A stretch of DNA of 64,000 nt from an uncultured Gemmatimonadota bacterium. GTDB taxonomy: Bacteria; JAAXHH01. The stretch is from contig OX638340.1 of assembly GCA_951812955.1 (NCBI GenBank), positions 1,504,001 through 1,568,000 of the forward strand. Direction: 5' to 3'. A model generated the notes under the pieces. That model had not been told where the DNA came from. It did no database searches and saw nothing but the letters and a program-made list of their open reading frames with translations. Numbering within the stretch: the first letter of the stretch is position 1; each line of letters opens with the position of its first letter. Of this stretch, positions 55,619 to 64,000 are shown piece after piece. Position numbers and translations under genes: made by a program.

Positions 55619-57034
55619 GTGACCCCTAATGAAGTCATCTCTTACGCAAAGGAAAATGGAGCGAAGATGGTCGACTTCCGGTTCATCGACGTGCCAGGAA
55701 CGTGGCAGCACTTCTCGGCGCCCATCGAAACGCTGGAAGAAGAGACTTTCGAAGAAGGCGTAGGATTCGACGGTTCGAGCGTCCGTGGATTCCAGACCAT
55801 CGACAAGAGCGACATGATCCTGATCCCCGATCCGCTGTCGGCCAAGATCGATCCCTTCATGGAAGCGAAAACGCTGATCCTGATCTGCAATGTCAAGGAC
55901 CCGGTGACGCTGGAAATGTACACGCGCGACCCGCGGTACGTCGCCCAGAAGGCCGAGGCCTACATGCAGTCCGTGGGCATCGCCGACACGGCTTTCTTCG
56001 GACCGGAAGCCGAGTTCTACATCTTCGACGACGTGCGGTTCGCCCAGAAGCCGAACGCCAGTTTCCATCGGGTGGATTCCAGCGAGGGATGGTGGAACAC
56101 CGGACGGAACGAAGGACCGAACCTCGGCAACAAGATACCTTACAAGCGTGGTTACTTCCCGGTGCCGCCGGTGGATACCCACCAGGACCTGCGCACCAAC
56201 ATGGTGCTGACGCTCCGGAGCATGGGCATCGAGTCGGAAGTCCACCACCACGAGGTGGGTACGGCGGGGCAGGCGGAGATCGATATTCGGTTCAACACTT
56301 TGCTGCGCATGTCTGACGATCTGCTCATGTACAAGTACATCGTCAAGAACGTCGCCCGGCAGGCCGGCAAGACGGTGACCTTCATGCCAAAGCCCATTTT
56401 CGAGGACAACGGGTCGGGCATGCACGTGCACCAGAGCCTGTGGAAAGACGGTCGGAACCTCTTCTTCGAGGCCGGCACGTACGCCGATCTGAGCGACATG
56501 GCCCGCCATTACATCGGCGGTCTGCTCAAGCACTGCTCCTCGGTCCTGGCCTTCGCCGCGCCGACGACGAACTCCTACCGGAGGCTCGTCCCGGGTTACG
56601 AAGCGCCCATCAACCTGATCTATTCGCAGCGCAACAGAAGCGCCTGCGTGCGGATCCCCATGTATTCGAAGAGCGAGAAGGCCAAAAGGATCGAGTTCCG
56701 TACGCCCGATCCAGGCGCGAATCCCTACCTGGCCTTCACCGCCATGATGATGGCCGGCCTGGACGGTATCGAGAACCGGATCGAGCCGCCGGAACCAATC
56801 GACCTCGATCTCTACGATCTCGAGCCTGAGCAGGCCGCGGAAGTGGCCCACACGCCGCAGGATCTGGGCGAGGCGCTGAACGCCCTGGAGGACGATCACG
56901 ACTACCTCCTCAAGGGAGACGTGTTCACGCCGGACCTGATCGATACCTATATCGAGTACAAGCGGGAGAACGAGTTGGACCAGATCCGCCTGCGCCCGCA
57001 CCCGTGGGAGTTCGGTCTCTACTACGACATCTAG
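55619..57034 (+). CDS. glnA: Glutamine synthetase type I
   Basis: GS-I signatures are [23 protein letters not shown] and [20 protein letters not shown]. An adenylylation-type Tyr is in [11 protein letters not shown]. The RBS AGGGAGGA plus GTG at 55619 gives a typical 471 aa. Track ORF 55535..57034 over-extends the N-terminus. Confidence 0.9.
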   Translation: MTPNEVISYAKENGAKMVDFRFIDVPGTWQHFSAPIETLEEETFEEGVGFDGSSVRGFQTIDKSDMILIPDPLSAKIDPFMEAKTLILICNVKDPVTLEMYTRDPRYVAQKAEAYMQSVGIADTAFFGPEAEFYIFDDVRFAQKPNASFHRVDSSEGWWNTGRNEGPNLGNKIPYKRGYFPVPPVDTHQDLRTNMVLTLRSMGIESEVHHHEVGTAGQAEIDIRFNTLLRMSDDLLMYKYIVKNVARQAGKTVTFMPKPIFEDNGSGMHVHQSLWKDGRNLFFEAGTYADLSDMARHYIGGLLKHCSSVLAFAAPTTNSYRRLVPGYEAPINLIYSQRNRSACVRIPMYSKSEKAKRIEFRTPDPGANPYLAFTAMMMAGLDGIENRIEPPEPIDLDLYDLEPEQAAEVAHTPQDLGEALNALEDDHDYLLKGDVFTPDLIDTYIEYKRENELDQIRLRPHPWEFGLYYDI

Positions 57035-57065
57035 GTCGTATGAGATCAGCGTTTCATCGCAGCAC

Positions 57066-57108
57066 GCGCGCCTCCTCCGTTTCGACGCGGGGAGGCGCGG
57101 TCTTTTTC
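57066..57108 (+). terminator. Rho-independent terminator after glnA
   Basis: gcgcgcctcc-tccgtttcgacgcgg-ggaggcgcg is a 9-bp perfect GC-rich stem, followed by gtctttttctg. Confidence 0.7.
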
Positions 57109-57306
57109 TGCCGGATCGCGGTGAATTACGATAACGCACGTCGCGGTGCATCATTTTAAGGCACATCCCGCCGGCAACGTCCGGCTCGGCTTCGCCCATC
57201 GGACGATGAGCATTAAGTCCACACGCATCGCGGTGCATCCAGTTTCGACGCTACGCGTTCAGGAACCACTGCAGACCACACACGTGAATTCAAACAGCCA
57301 ACGCCC

Positions 57307-58878
57307 ATGACGACTATTGATTTCGATCGCGACGCACTTGCGTCGACTATGCCGGACGCGGTGTCCGACCATTTGCGGTCCTCCGGATTCGGCGACCCGG
57401 CCGACGCCTGGCGAATCCTGGAGCAAATCGACCGGCGCGTGGCCCCGCTTGCGCGCCCGGGAAATCCCTTCCCTGCGCTGGTCGAAGCGGCGGCTGCGTC
57501 CCTGGAACCCGACCGGGCCCTCATCAGCCTGCACACGCTCTTTACCCGGTGCGGTGAAGATCATGTCCCGGCCCTGCTGGACCTGTTGGCCATCCCGTCG
57601 GAATCCCGAGACGCCCTGCTCACGATCCTCTCGTGCAGCCCGTACCTCAGTAACGTGCTCATCCAGGACGCGGGGTTCCTGCTCGACACCTTTGCCGGCG
57701 ATTCGTGGCGTGCACTGCAATCCGCGGAAGAGTTGGATGCTGAACTGACGGAGATGCTGCAGGGTGTGTCATCGCCGGACGAGGCCATGAAACCCCTGCG
57801 CACGTTCAAGAAACGGACCTACCTGCGCATCGCGGTGTGCGACCTGATGAAGCAATCCGGAACTCCGGCAGTCCTGGAACGGCTCACGGACGTGGCCGAC
57901 CTTTGCCTGCAGGCCGCCCACGACGTGTGCGGCATGAAACTGGAGGCGCGGCACGGACGGCCGATGCTCGAAGGATCGAAACCGAGCGGATTCGCCGTCA
58001 TCGGCATGGGCAAGCTCGGCGGCAGGGACCTGAACTTCAGTTCGGATATCGACCTGCTTTACGTCTACGACGCCACGGACGGCCGCACCGAAAAAGACGG
58101 AACTTCCACCTACGAATTCTATCCGAAACTCGCCCGGGCCATAACGGACCTCATCGGACGGCTCACGCCGGACGGGCAAGTGTTCCGCGTCGACCTGCGC
58201 CTGCGTCCGGAGGGACGGGCCGGCGATATCGCCAACTCGATCGAGGGCTACCGCTGGCACTATGAGATCCAGGGACAGGCCTGGCAGCGGCAGGCGCTCC
58301 TGAAGGCACGGTGTTCGGCAGGAAGCAGGGAGGTGGGCGGCCGGTTCCTCGAAACGATCCAGCCCTTCGTGTTCTACCCCGCCCTCGACCAGCCGCTGAT
58401 CCTTGAAGATATCAACCACATGCGGGAACGGATCGCGAAGGCGCTGATCGAACGGGGCAGCGGCGATTACCACGTCAAGCTGGGTAAGGGGGGCATCCGG
58501 GAGATCGAGTTCATCGCCCAGGGATTCCAACTCGTCTACGGCGGATCCCAGAGTTGGCCCTGGGAACGCGGAACCCGCAGGATGCTGGCCTCGCTGGCGG
58601 AAAAGGGGTACCTGTCCGATGACGAGGCATCCGACCTGGACGACGCCTATCTCTTCCTCCGGGACCTGGAAAACCGTATCCAGATGACCTCGGGCCACCA
58701 GACCCACGAGATTCCCCAGGACCGCGGCGCCCAGACCGTCCTGGCCGGCATGATGGGCCTGTCCTGGACGACTCCTGAAGAAAGGGAGGCCGCGCCGGAC
58801 AGGATGCTGTCGGCCTACGCGAGGCACACCGCCCGCGTCCACCAGATCTACGACCGGGTCTTCCACTCGGCGATGTGA
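57307..58878 (+). CDS. GlnE-family nucleotidyltransferase (glutamine synthetase adenylyltransferase-like), single-domain half-length form
   Basis: The nucleotidyltransferase motif is GFAVIGMGKLGGRDLNFSSDIDLLYVYD. GlnE-type flanking helical regions are present. The protein is 523 aa, against about 950 for two-domain GlnE. It is adjacent to glnA. Confidence 0.75.
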   Translation: MTTIDFDRDALASTMPDAVSDHLRSSGFGDPADAWRILEQIDRRVAPLARPGNPFPALVEAAAASLEPDRALISLHTLFTRCGEDHVPALLDLLAIPSESRDALLTILSCSPYLSNVLIQDAGFLLDTFAGDSWRALQSAEELDAELTEMLQGVSSPDEAMKPLRTFKKRTYLRIAVCDLMKQSGTPAVLERLTDVADLCLQAAHDVCGMKLEARHGRPMLEGSKPSGFAVIGMGKLGGRDLNFSSDIDLLYVYDATDGRTEKDGTSTYEFYPKLARAITDLIGRLTPDGQVFRVDLRLRPEGRAGDIANSIEGYRWHYEIQGQAWQRQALLKARCSAGSREVGGRFLETIQPFVFYPALDQPLILEDINHMRERIAKALIERGSGDYHVKLGKGGIREIEFIAQGFQLVYGGSQSWPWERGTRRMLASLAEKGYLSDDEASDLDDAYLFLRDLENRIQMTSGHQTHEIPQDRGAQTVLAGMMGLSWTTPEEREAAPDRMLSAYARHTARVHQIYDRVFHSAM

Positions 58879-59007
58879 CGCTTGTTCGTTTGATTCCACC
58901 TGAATCAATCCATGCCGCTCGATAGTCAAGAAACCGACCGTCAATTCCAGCCCGCTTTACATTTACTTACCAGGTTTGTGATGCTGGTGGTGCTTATGGG
59001 TAAGCCT

Positions 59008-61233
59008 ATGAGCGATACCGATCTTTCATCTCTTGTCGTCCGTGCCCAGACCGGCGACCGCGCAGCCTACGAAGGCATCGTACACCGTTTTCAGGATATG
59101 GCGGTAGGCTACGCCTCCGCATTGCTGGGCGATTTCCACTTGGCTGAAGACGCGGCACAGGAGTCCTTTGCTGATGCCTGGACTGAACTTCCGCGTCTGC
59201 AGAAACCGGCTGCATTTCCAGGATGGTTCAAACGGATTGTCTTTATGCGCTGTAGCCGCATATCTCGCTCACGGCAACCGGTGGGACAAGTGCGAGAGAC
59301 GGCAGGGTCGCTGGTTGCTAGCGGTCCCGAGGAGGAACTAGAGGCGCGCGAAGAGAAAACCATGGTCATGGGAGCGATTGGGCGGTTGCCCGAGGAAGAG
59401 AGAATGGCGACGGTGCTGTTTTATATATCGACATATTCCCACCGGGAAGTCGGCTCGTTTCTGGGCTTGTCGCCGTCGACGGTCAACAACCGGCTGCGAT
59501 CGGCCCGCAAACGTCTGAGAAAGGAGATGCTGAAAATGGCTGAACGGGAATTGCCTGGGCAGGCGCCCTCGCGCGACGAACGCTTCAAGCAGCGGGTCGC
59601 ACAATTGCTTCAGCCCGAAGACATGAAGACCGACCGCTACCAGTATGGGATCGAAGCGGTGGACGGCTACGAGGCCTGGGCGCTATTCTGCGCCAGCGGG
59701 GCCGGCGACCTGGAACGCGTCAGTGCGATGCTGGACCGGGACCCCAGGCTGGTCAATGCCCAGTACTGGTACCAGTTCCCCATCCACATGGCAGTGCGCG
59801 AGGGACATGCGGAGGTGGTCCAGCTTCTGTTGCAGGCCGGGGCCGATCCGGGACAGTCGCGCTATACCTACAATTCATGGGATAAGTTGCTGGCCATCGC
59901 CGAGGAGCGCGGCTACAGGGGAGTACAGGCCCTGCTGGAGGCGGCGATGCGGGAGCGCTTCGGGTACGATCCCGCCTTTATCCCGTTGGCCGAGATGATC
60001 AAAGGCCGCGACCGGGCACAGGTAGAGGAGATGTTGGCAGATCATCCCGAGCTCATCCACGCTTCCGACGCATTGGGCAACGGGCCCCTGCACTGGGCGG
60101 CCGTGACGCGCCAGAACGACCTTGTGGACTTCTTCGTCGCACGGGGTGCCGGCCTGGAAGTCCGCCGCGCCGATGGTAAGACCCCGCTGCTGGTCGCGCT
60201 CATCGGAGACTACTGGTTCCGGTCACGTGACTTGCCCGCGGAAGCCCCGCAAGACCCATGGGTCGTCACCCGCCACTTACTCGCTTGCGGCGTGGATTAC
60301 GTCCTGAGCGTCGCGTGTGCGGCTGGCGATGAAGACCGGGTCGAGGCGGTGCTGGAGTCCGATCCGATCCAGGCCCGCACCCTCGATCCCGGAAGGCGCA
60401 GTCCGCTTGCTTATGCAGCTGGCAACGGCCACACCCGGATCGTCGAAAGACTGTTGGACCTGGGCGCAGACCCCAACCTGCCGGAAGAGAACGCGCCCCG
60501 TGGCGGCGCGCTATTCGGCGCGTGCTCGGGCAACCACCTGGAGACGGCCGGACTGCTGCTTGAACGAGGTGCCGATCCCAACGCCGAGGTTGACTCATCC
60601 GGCTCCTGTTTGACCATTGTCGAGTACAATCATGGCACAAAAGGACAGCGGTTACAGGCCCTGTTGCGCGAATTCGGCGCCGAGATACCACCCTTCGCCA
60701 TGGACGACGCGGCACTTGAACGGGCCGTTCGCAAAGGGGATGGCATCGTCGCCCATCCACAGTTCCTGCACGAGTTGATGGGACGGAACAATCCTGCGCT
60801 CGTCGGCGTATTCCTGGAGACTACGCCCGACGTGAGCGATCTTTTTCGACTGACGGACATCTGGGGCGGCAACTACCCGTCAGACCCCGATACGATCCGC
60901 GCCCTGGCCGACCACGGCCTCGATCTGTGCCGCGCAAACTGGATTGGGCGCACCTTTCTGCACGGTTGTGCCGAAAAGGGAGATGTCGACGCGGCCCGCG
61001 TTTTTTTGGAGTTAGGGGCAGATATTGAGGCTGTCGAGTTGGAATACGGAGGTACGCCTCTGGCTGCCGCCGCGCGCACCGGGAAGGTGGAAATGGTGCG
61101 TTTCCTGTTAGATCAAGGTGCCGATCCGGCCGCACCAGTCAAGTCGCCCTGGGCGCAGCCGATATATTGGGCGGAGAAGGAAGGACACGAGGATGTGGTA
61201 GCGCTGCTCAAGGATCGCATGAACCCTGGTTAG
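59008..61233 (+). CDS. ECF (group IV sigma-70) sigma factor fused to a C-terminal ~550-aa ankyrin-repeat domain
   Basis: Sigma70 region 2 is RAQTGDRAAYEGIVHRFQDMAVGYASALLGDFHLAEDAAQESFADAWTEL. Sigma70 region 4 is LPEEERMATVLFYISTYSHREVGSFLGLSPSTVNNRLRSARKRLRKEML. At least 10 ankyrin units follow (e.g. GNGPLHWAAVTRQNDLVDFFVARGAGLEV; RRSPLAYAAGNGHTRIVERLLDLGADPNL; GGTPLAAAARTGKVEMVRFLLDQGADPAA). All lie in one uninterrupted frame. The alternative starts at 58981, 58996 and the track start at 58912 are in frame. Confidence 0.8.
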   Translation: MSDTDLSSLVVRAQTGDRAAYEGIVHRFQDMAVGYASALLGDFHLAEDAAQESFADAWTELPRLQKPAAFPGWFKRIVFMRCSRISRSRQPVGQVRETAGSLVASGPEEELEAREEKTMVMGAIGRLPEEERMATVLFYISTYSHREVGSFLGLSPSTVNNRLRSARKRLRKEMLKMAERELPGQAPSRDERFKQRVAQLLQPEDMKTDRYQYGIEAVDGYEAWALFCASGAGDLERVSAMLDRDPRLVNAQYWYQFPIHMAVREGHAEVVQLLLQAGADPGQSRYTYNSWDKLLAIAEERGYRGVQALLEAAMRERFGYDPAFIPLAEMIKGRDRAQVEEMLADHPELIHASDALGNGPLHWAAVTRQNDLVDFFVARGAGLEVRRADGKTPLLVALIGDYWFRSRDLPAEAPQDPWVVTRHLLACGVDYVLSVACAAGDEDRVEAVLESDPIQARTLDPGRRSPLAYAAGNGHTRIVERLLDLGADPNLPEENAPRGGALFGACSGNHLETAGLLLERGADPNAEVDSSGSCLTIVEYNHGTKGQRLQALLREFGAEIPPFAMDDAALERAVRKGDGIVAHPQFLHELMGRNNPALVGVFLETTPDVSDLFRLTDIWGGNYPSDPDTIRALADHGLDLCRANWIGRTFLHGCAEKGDVDAARVFLELGADIEAVELEYGGTPLAAAARTGKVEMVRFLLDQGADPAAPVKSPWAQPIYWAEKEGHEDVVALLKDRMNPG

Positions 61234-61267
61234 GACATTGTTAGAAAGTAACATAAAAAACAAAAAC

Positions 61268-61308
61268 GCCCGGCCCTGGATTAAACCGCTCCAGGACCGG
61301 GCTTTTTT
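61268..61308. terminator. Bidirectional rho-independent terminator between the ECF-ankyrin gene and the convergent RND gene
   Basis: An A-run (aaaaaacaaaaa) is followed by the stem cccggccctgga-ttaaaccgc-tccaggaccggg and then cttttttc. Confidence 0.7.
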
Positions 61309-61425
61309 CTGTATTGAACAGCGCATCTTTCGTCTCGCGCTGACGTTCAGGACAAGTCTGAGCACACGCGCACTCACGCCCACACTCTCACGCGCTCACA
61401 TCCACGCCCCCACTCACGCTTACAC

Positions 61426-64000
61426 CTACGCCCAGGCTCGCTTGACGCTCGACGTGACCCAGTTGCTCAGGTCTTCGAATATCGTATAGACCGTCGGCAG
61501 CAGGATGAGCGTCAGTATACCCGAGGTGGTCAGGCCGCCAACCAGGGCCAGGCTGACCGGACCCCACTGGTTGGCGCCGCGGTCTTCCACTGGACCGAAG
61601 AACTCGGGGAAGAGAAGCGGAGCCACCATGGGCAACAGGCCGAAGATGGTGGTCAGGGACGTCATCAGGATGGGCCGCAACCGATGCCGGCCGCCCAGGA
61701 GGAGGGCCTCGGTGCGCGTCATCCCCTCTCTGCGCAAATGGTTAACGTGATCGATGAGGACGATAGCGTTGTTTACCGCAAGTCCCGACAGAACGATGAT
61801 CCCCAGGTATGAGTTCGTGTTCAGCGTCGTGCCGGACAGGTAGAAAACGATGAAAGCGCCAACCAGTCCGCACAGTACCGACAACAGAATCGTGAAGGGC
61901 TGGATGAAGGACTCCGAAATTGCCGCCATGATCAGGTAGATGAGCACCACAGAGAGCAGGATGGCGAAGAGGAACTCGCCCTGCGATTCACGCATCATGT
62001 TGAAATTGCGCCCCATGCTCCACGTGTACCCTGGAGGCAGTTCGATACCCTCCATCATCTCGGTCACCTGGGTGTTGATGCGCCGCGTGCCCGGTCCCGT
62101 CGTGTTGCCGCCCACTTCCACCTGAGATTCCCGGTCATGCCGCTCGATGACGTCGGGTCCCTTCTGCCGCGAAAAGCTGGCCAAGTTCCCCATGGGAATC
62201 ATCCCGCCTTCAGCCCGTTCGAAAGTCATGTTCTGCAGTTTCTGCAAGCTGGCACGGTCCTCTTCCTCGAGGTGCAACAGAATGTCCACCTCGCGGTCGT
62301 CGGCCTTGAATTTGCCCCTCGCCCGGCTGCTCAGCGCAGCCTGCACGGTACGGGCCGCCTGTCTCGGGGAAATGCCGTAGGTCTGTGCCATGGCCCGGTC
62401 GACCTGCACCTGGATCTCCTCGTCGCCTCGCTCCAGGCTGGTATCCACGTCCTTCAGTCCTGGGATGACCTCCATCCGGGTACGGAGATCATCGGCGATA
62501 TTGGAAAGCACCGACATGTTGTCGCCGCGCAGTTCCACGTCCACGCCCGACTGCCCGCCGCCATATCGGCGCATCCGGCCGGGTCTCCACCGCACGCCGG
62601 CAATCTCGGGCAGCGAGCTGGTGATCCTGGTCTGAAGCTCGGTGGCAGACTCCTGCCGATCCTCGGGCGGAGTCAGCACGATGCGGAGATTTGCCCGGCG
62701 AAGGCTGCCGTAGGACGAAATGGACTCGATGTGGAATTCGTCCTTGCGGTCCAGCAGGAGTGTTTCGACGTCCGTAAAGACTTCCCTGACGTCCTCAATG
62801 CTGTAGCTGCCCGGCAGATCCGCGGCTATCGCTATATCCCGCGTAGGCGCCCTGGGCTGGAACTCCGTCTCGATGTTCTGGTACAGCCAGTAGCTACCGT
62901 AAAGGATCGTACCGAAGGCAATCACGGTTACGAACCGGTGGCGCAGGTTCCAGGCAAGGACAGACGTGTAATATCCGGAAATCCGCGCGAAGAACGCCGA
63001 GGGCTTGCCCAGTGGCCGGTTGAACAGCCTCGAGGAAACCAGCGGAATGAGCGTCAGCGCGATGAAGACCGCCGCCACCATGACAATGCAGAATGTGACG
63101 ACGAAGTCCTTCATGAAGAGCATGAACCGGCTGCCGCCACCCAGGAATACGAGGGGCATGAAGACGCAAAGGGTCGTCGCCGTGGCCGCGATGATGGCCA
63201 TGGTTACCTCGCGGGTGCCCACCACGGCTGCTATCCGCGCCGGCAGGTTGGATTCCTGCCGGTGGCGGTAGATGCTTTCAAGCACCACCACGGCAGCGTC
63301 CACGAGCATGCCCACCGCCAGCATCAGGCCCATGAGCGAGATCAGGTTGATGGATACCGTGGACCCCGCCCCCTGTCGGAGCAGATACATGAAGGTGAAG
63401 GTACAGATGATCGATATCGGTATGGCCAGGCTGATAATCAGCGTGCTACGTAAGTTGCGCAGGAAGAGAAACAACACGATGACGGCCAGCATGCCGCCCA
63501 GAAGTCCCGTGTTCCTCAGGTCAGAAAGCCGGTCCGTTATGCTCTGGGACTGGTCGAAGAATACCCGGGTTTCCAGGCCCGCGAACCGGGGCTGCGTCAT
63601 GAGTTCATCCAACACGGACTGGGTGCGTTGGGCCACGTCCACGATGTTGGCCGTGGACGTCTTGTATACCCGGATCGTGACTGCATCCACCCCGTTCAGA
63701 CGCTGGAAACTGTCGTCTTCCGGGTAGTCGAACCTCACCTCCGCCACGTCGCGCAGCGACAGGGACGTACCGGGTATGGGCAGGTTCGCCACCTCGTCGG
63801 CCGCCCGGTATTCGTTTACGGATCGGACCGAATACTTCCGTCCGCCCTCGGTGACGGTCCCGGCCGTCAGGGTGACGTTGTTCTGCACCAGGGTCTGGCT
63901 GAGATTGAACAGATCGAGGTTGTGGGACTGCAGCTTCTCGTTGTCCACGTGCACGAGCAACTGCTTCTCGACCATCCCGCTGATTTCCACGTTCGCCACG
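61426..64000 (-). CDS. RND (HAE1/AcrB-family) efflux transporter permease subunit, C-terminal ~857 aa; the N-terminus lies beyond the window end
   Basis: The 12-TM plus large periplasmic loop pattern is present. Conserved AcrB/MexB-like segments include LGLIVLSGLAVNNAIVLID and FGLLPM. The ORF is open to the window edge. Confidence 0.9.
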   Translation of the reverse strand, partial: VANVEISGMVEKQLLVHVDNEKLQSHNLDLFNLSQTLVQNNVTLTAGTVTEGGRKYSVRSVNEYRAADEVANLPIPGTSLSLRDVAEVRFDYPEDDSFQRLNGVDAVTIRVYKTSTANIVDVAQRTQSVLDELMTQPRFAGLETRVFFDQSQSITDRLSDLRNTGLLGGMLAVIVLFLFLRNLRSTLIISLAIPISIICTFTFMYLLRQGAGSTVSINLISLMGLMLAVGMLVDAAVVVLESIYRHRQESNLPARIAAVVGTREVTMAIIAATATTLCVFMPLVFLGGGSRFMLFMKDFVVTFCIVMVAAVFIALTLIPLVSSRLFNRPLGKPSAFFARISGYYTSVLAWNLRHRFVTVIAFGTILYGSYWLYQNIETEFQPRAPTRDIAIAADLPGSYSIEDVREVFTDVETLLLDRKDEFHIESISSYGSLRRANLRIVLTPPEDRQESATELQTRITSSLPEIAGVRWRPGRMRRYGGGQSGVDVELRGDNMSVLSNIADDLRTRMEVIPGLKDVDTSLERGDEEIQVQVDRAMAQTYGISPRQAARTVQAALSSRARGKFKADDREVDILLHLEEEDRASLQKLQNMTFERAEGGMIPMGNLASFSRQKGPDVIERHDRESQVEVGGNTTGPGTRRINTQVTEMMEGIELPPGYTWSMGRNFNMMRESQGEFLFAILLSVVLIYLIMAAISESFIQPFTILLSVLCGLVGAFIVFYLSGTTLNTNSYLGIIVLSGLAVNNAIVLIDHVNHLRREGMTRTEALLLGGRHRLRPILMTSLTTIFGLLPMVAPLLFPEFFGPVEDRGANQWGPVSLALVGGLTTSGILTLILLPTVYTIFEDLSNWVTSSVKRAWA

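Noticed and set aside
55586-58944. 550-aa and 391-aa minus-strand ORFs antisense to glnA and the glnE-like gene
   Set aside because: They are shadow ORFs opposite strongly motif-supported genes.
62137-63453. 438-aa plus-strand ORF antisense to the RND transporter
   Set aside because: It is a shadow ORF.
1-64000. tRNA/rRNA genes
   Set aside because: I scanned intergenic regions for T-arm-like GGTTCGAATCC and cloverleaf context. The only GTTCGAA hits (about 497 and about 8170) lack acceptor or anticodon-stem context, and the second is inside the M16 CDS. No RNA gene is supported.

Overview
This is a 64 kb window of high-GC (~65%) bacterial chromosome that is densely coding and carries ordinary metabolic and housekeeping genes. 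I found no rRNA, tRNA, CRISPR array, transposase or integrase.

Supported genes, in order:
- a PotA/PotD/PotB/PotC-type ABC importer operon;
- a Rieske non-heme oxygenase alpha subunit and a group II PLP decarboxylase;
- a double M16 zinc peptidase;
- three Gfo/Idh/MocA oxidoreductases and a sugar-phosphate isomerase/epimerase TIM-barrel protein;
- an ArsR regulator followed by an ArsI/CadI-like vicinal oxygen chelate (VOC) protein and a Cys/Met-metabolism PLP enzyme;
- a DUF1094 bacilliredoxin-like CGC protein, and later a YpdA-like flavoprotein;
- QueF, a myo-inositol-1-phosphate synthase and a divergent LysR regulator;
- an orphan CcmH-like protein;
- an MFS transporter fused to HEAT repeats;
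- two tandem DSD1/D-threonine-aldolase-family PLP enzymes and a crotonase;
- an ABC-F ATPase;
- PurE and PurK;
- two giant secreted Sel1-repeat proteins, an APH-like kinase, an arylsulfatase and a PhyH-family dioxygenase;
- a second, orphan copy of the ABC substrate-binding protein;
- GatB and GatA;
- an FG-GAP propeller protein;
- PssA and Psd, and an HtrA protease;
- GlnA with a single-domain GlnE-like nucleotidyltransferase;
- an ECF sigma factor fused to a long ankyrin-repeat domain;
- the 3' part of an RND efflux pump running off the window.

Non-coding structure is unusually rich. Decaying ~20-bp tandem direct-repeat arrays sit immediately upstream of several start codons (16845, 23301, 41391). 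The 3' ends of two genes are re-copied just downstream of their stop codons (29361/29489 and 42957-43060). There is a ~1.6 kb low-GC island at 45.2-46.8 kb.

I found no canonical defence or biosynthetic cluster. The most unusual items are the ECF sigma-ankyrin fusion, the MFS-HEAT fusion, the eukaryote-like repeat-protein neighbourhood (Sel1 x2, ankyrin, sulfatase), the repeat-arrays-before-start-codons architecture, and a possible bacillithiol-type thiol redox pair. The gene content (Sel1 and ankyrin repeats, sulfatase, many Gfo/Idh/MocA) is consistent with a host-associated or marine planctomycete/poribacteria-like lineage, but that is inference only.

All functional calls are from motif and domain recognition by eye. 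No database search was possible.
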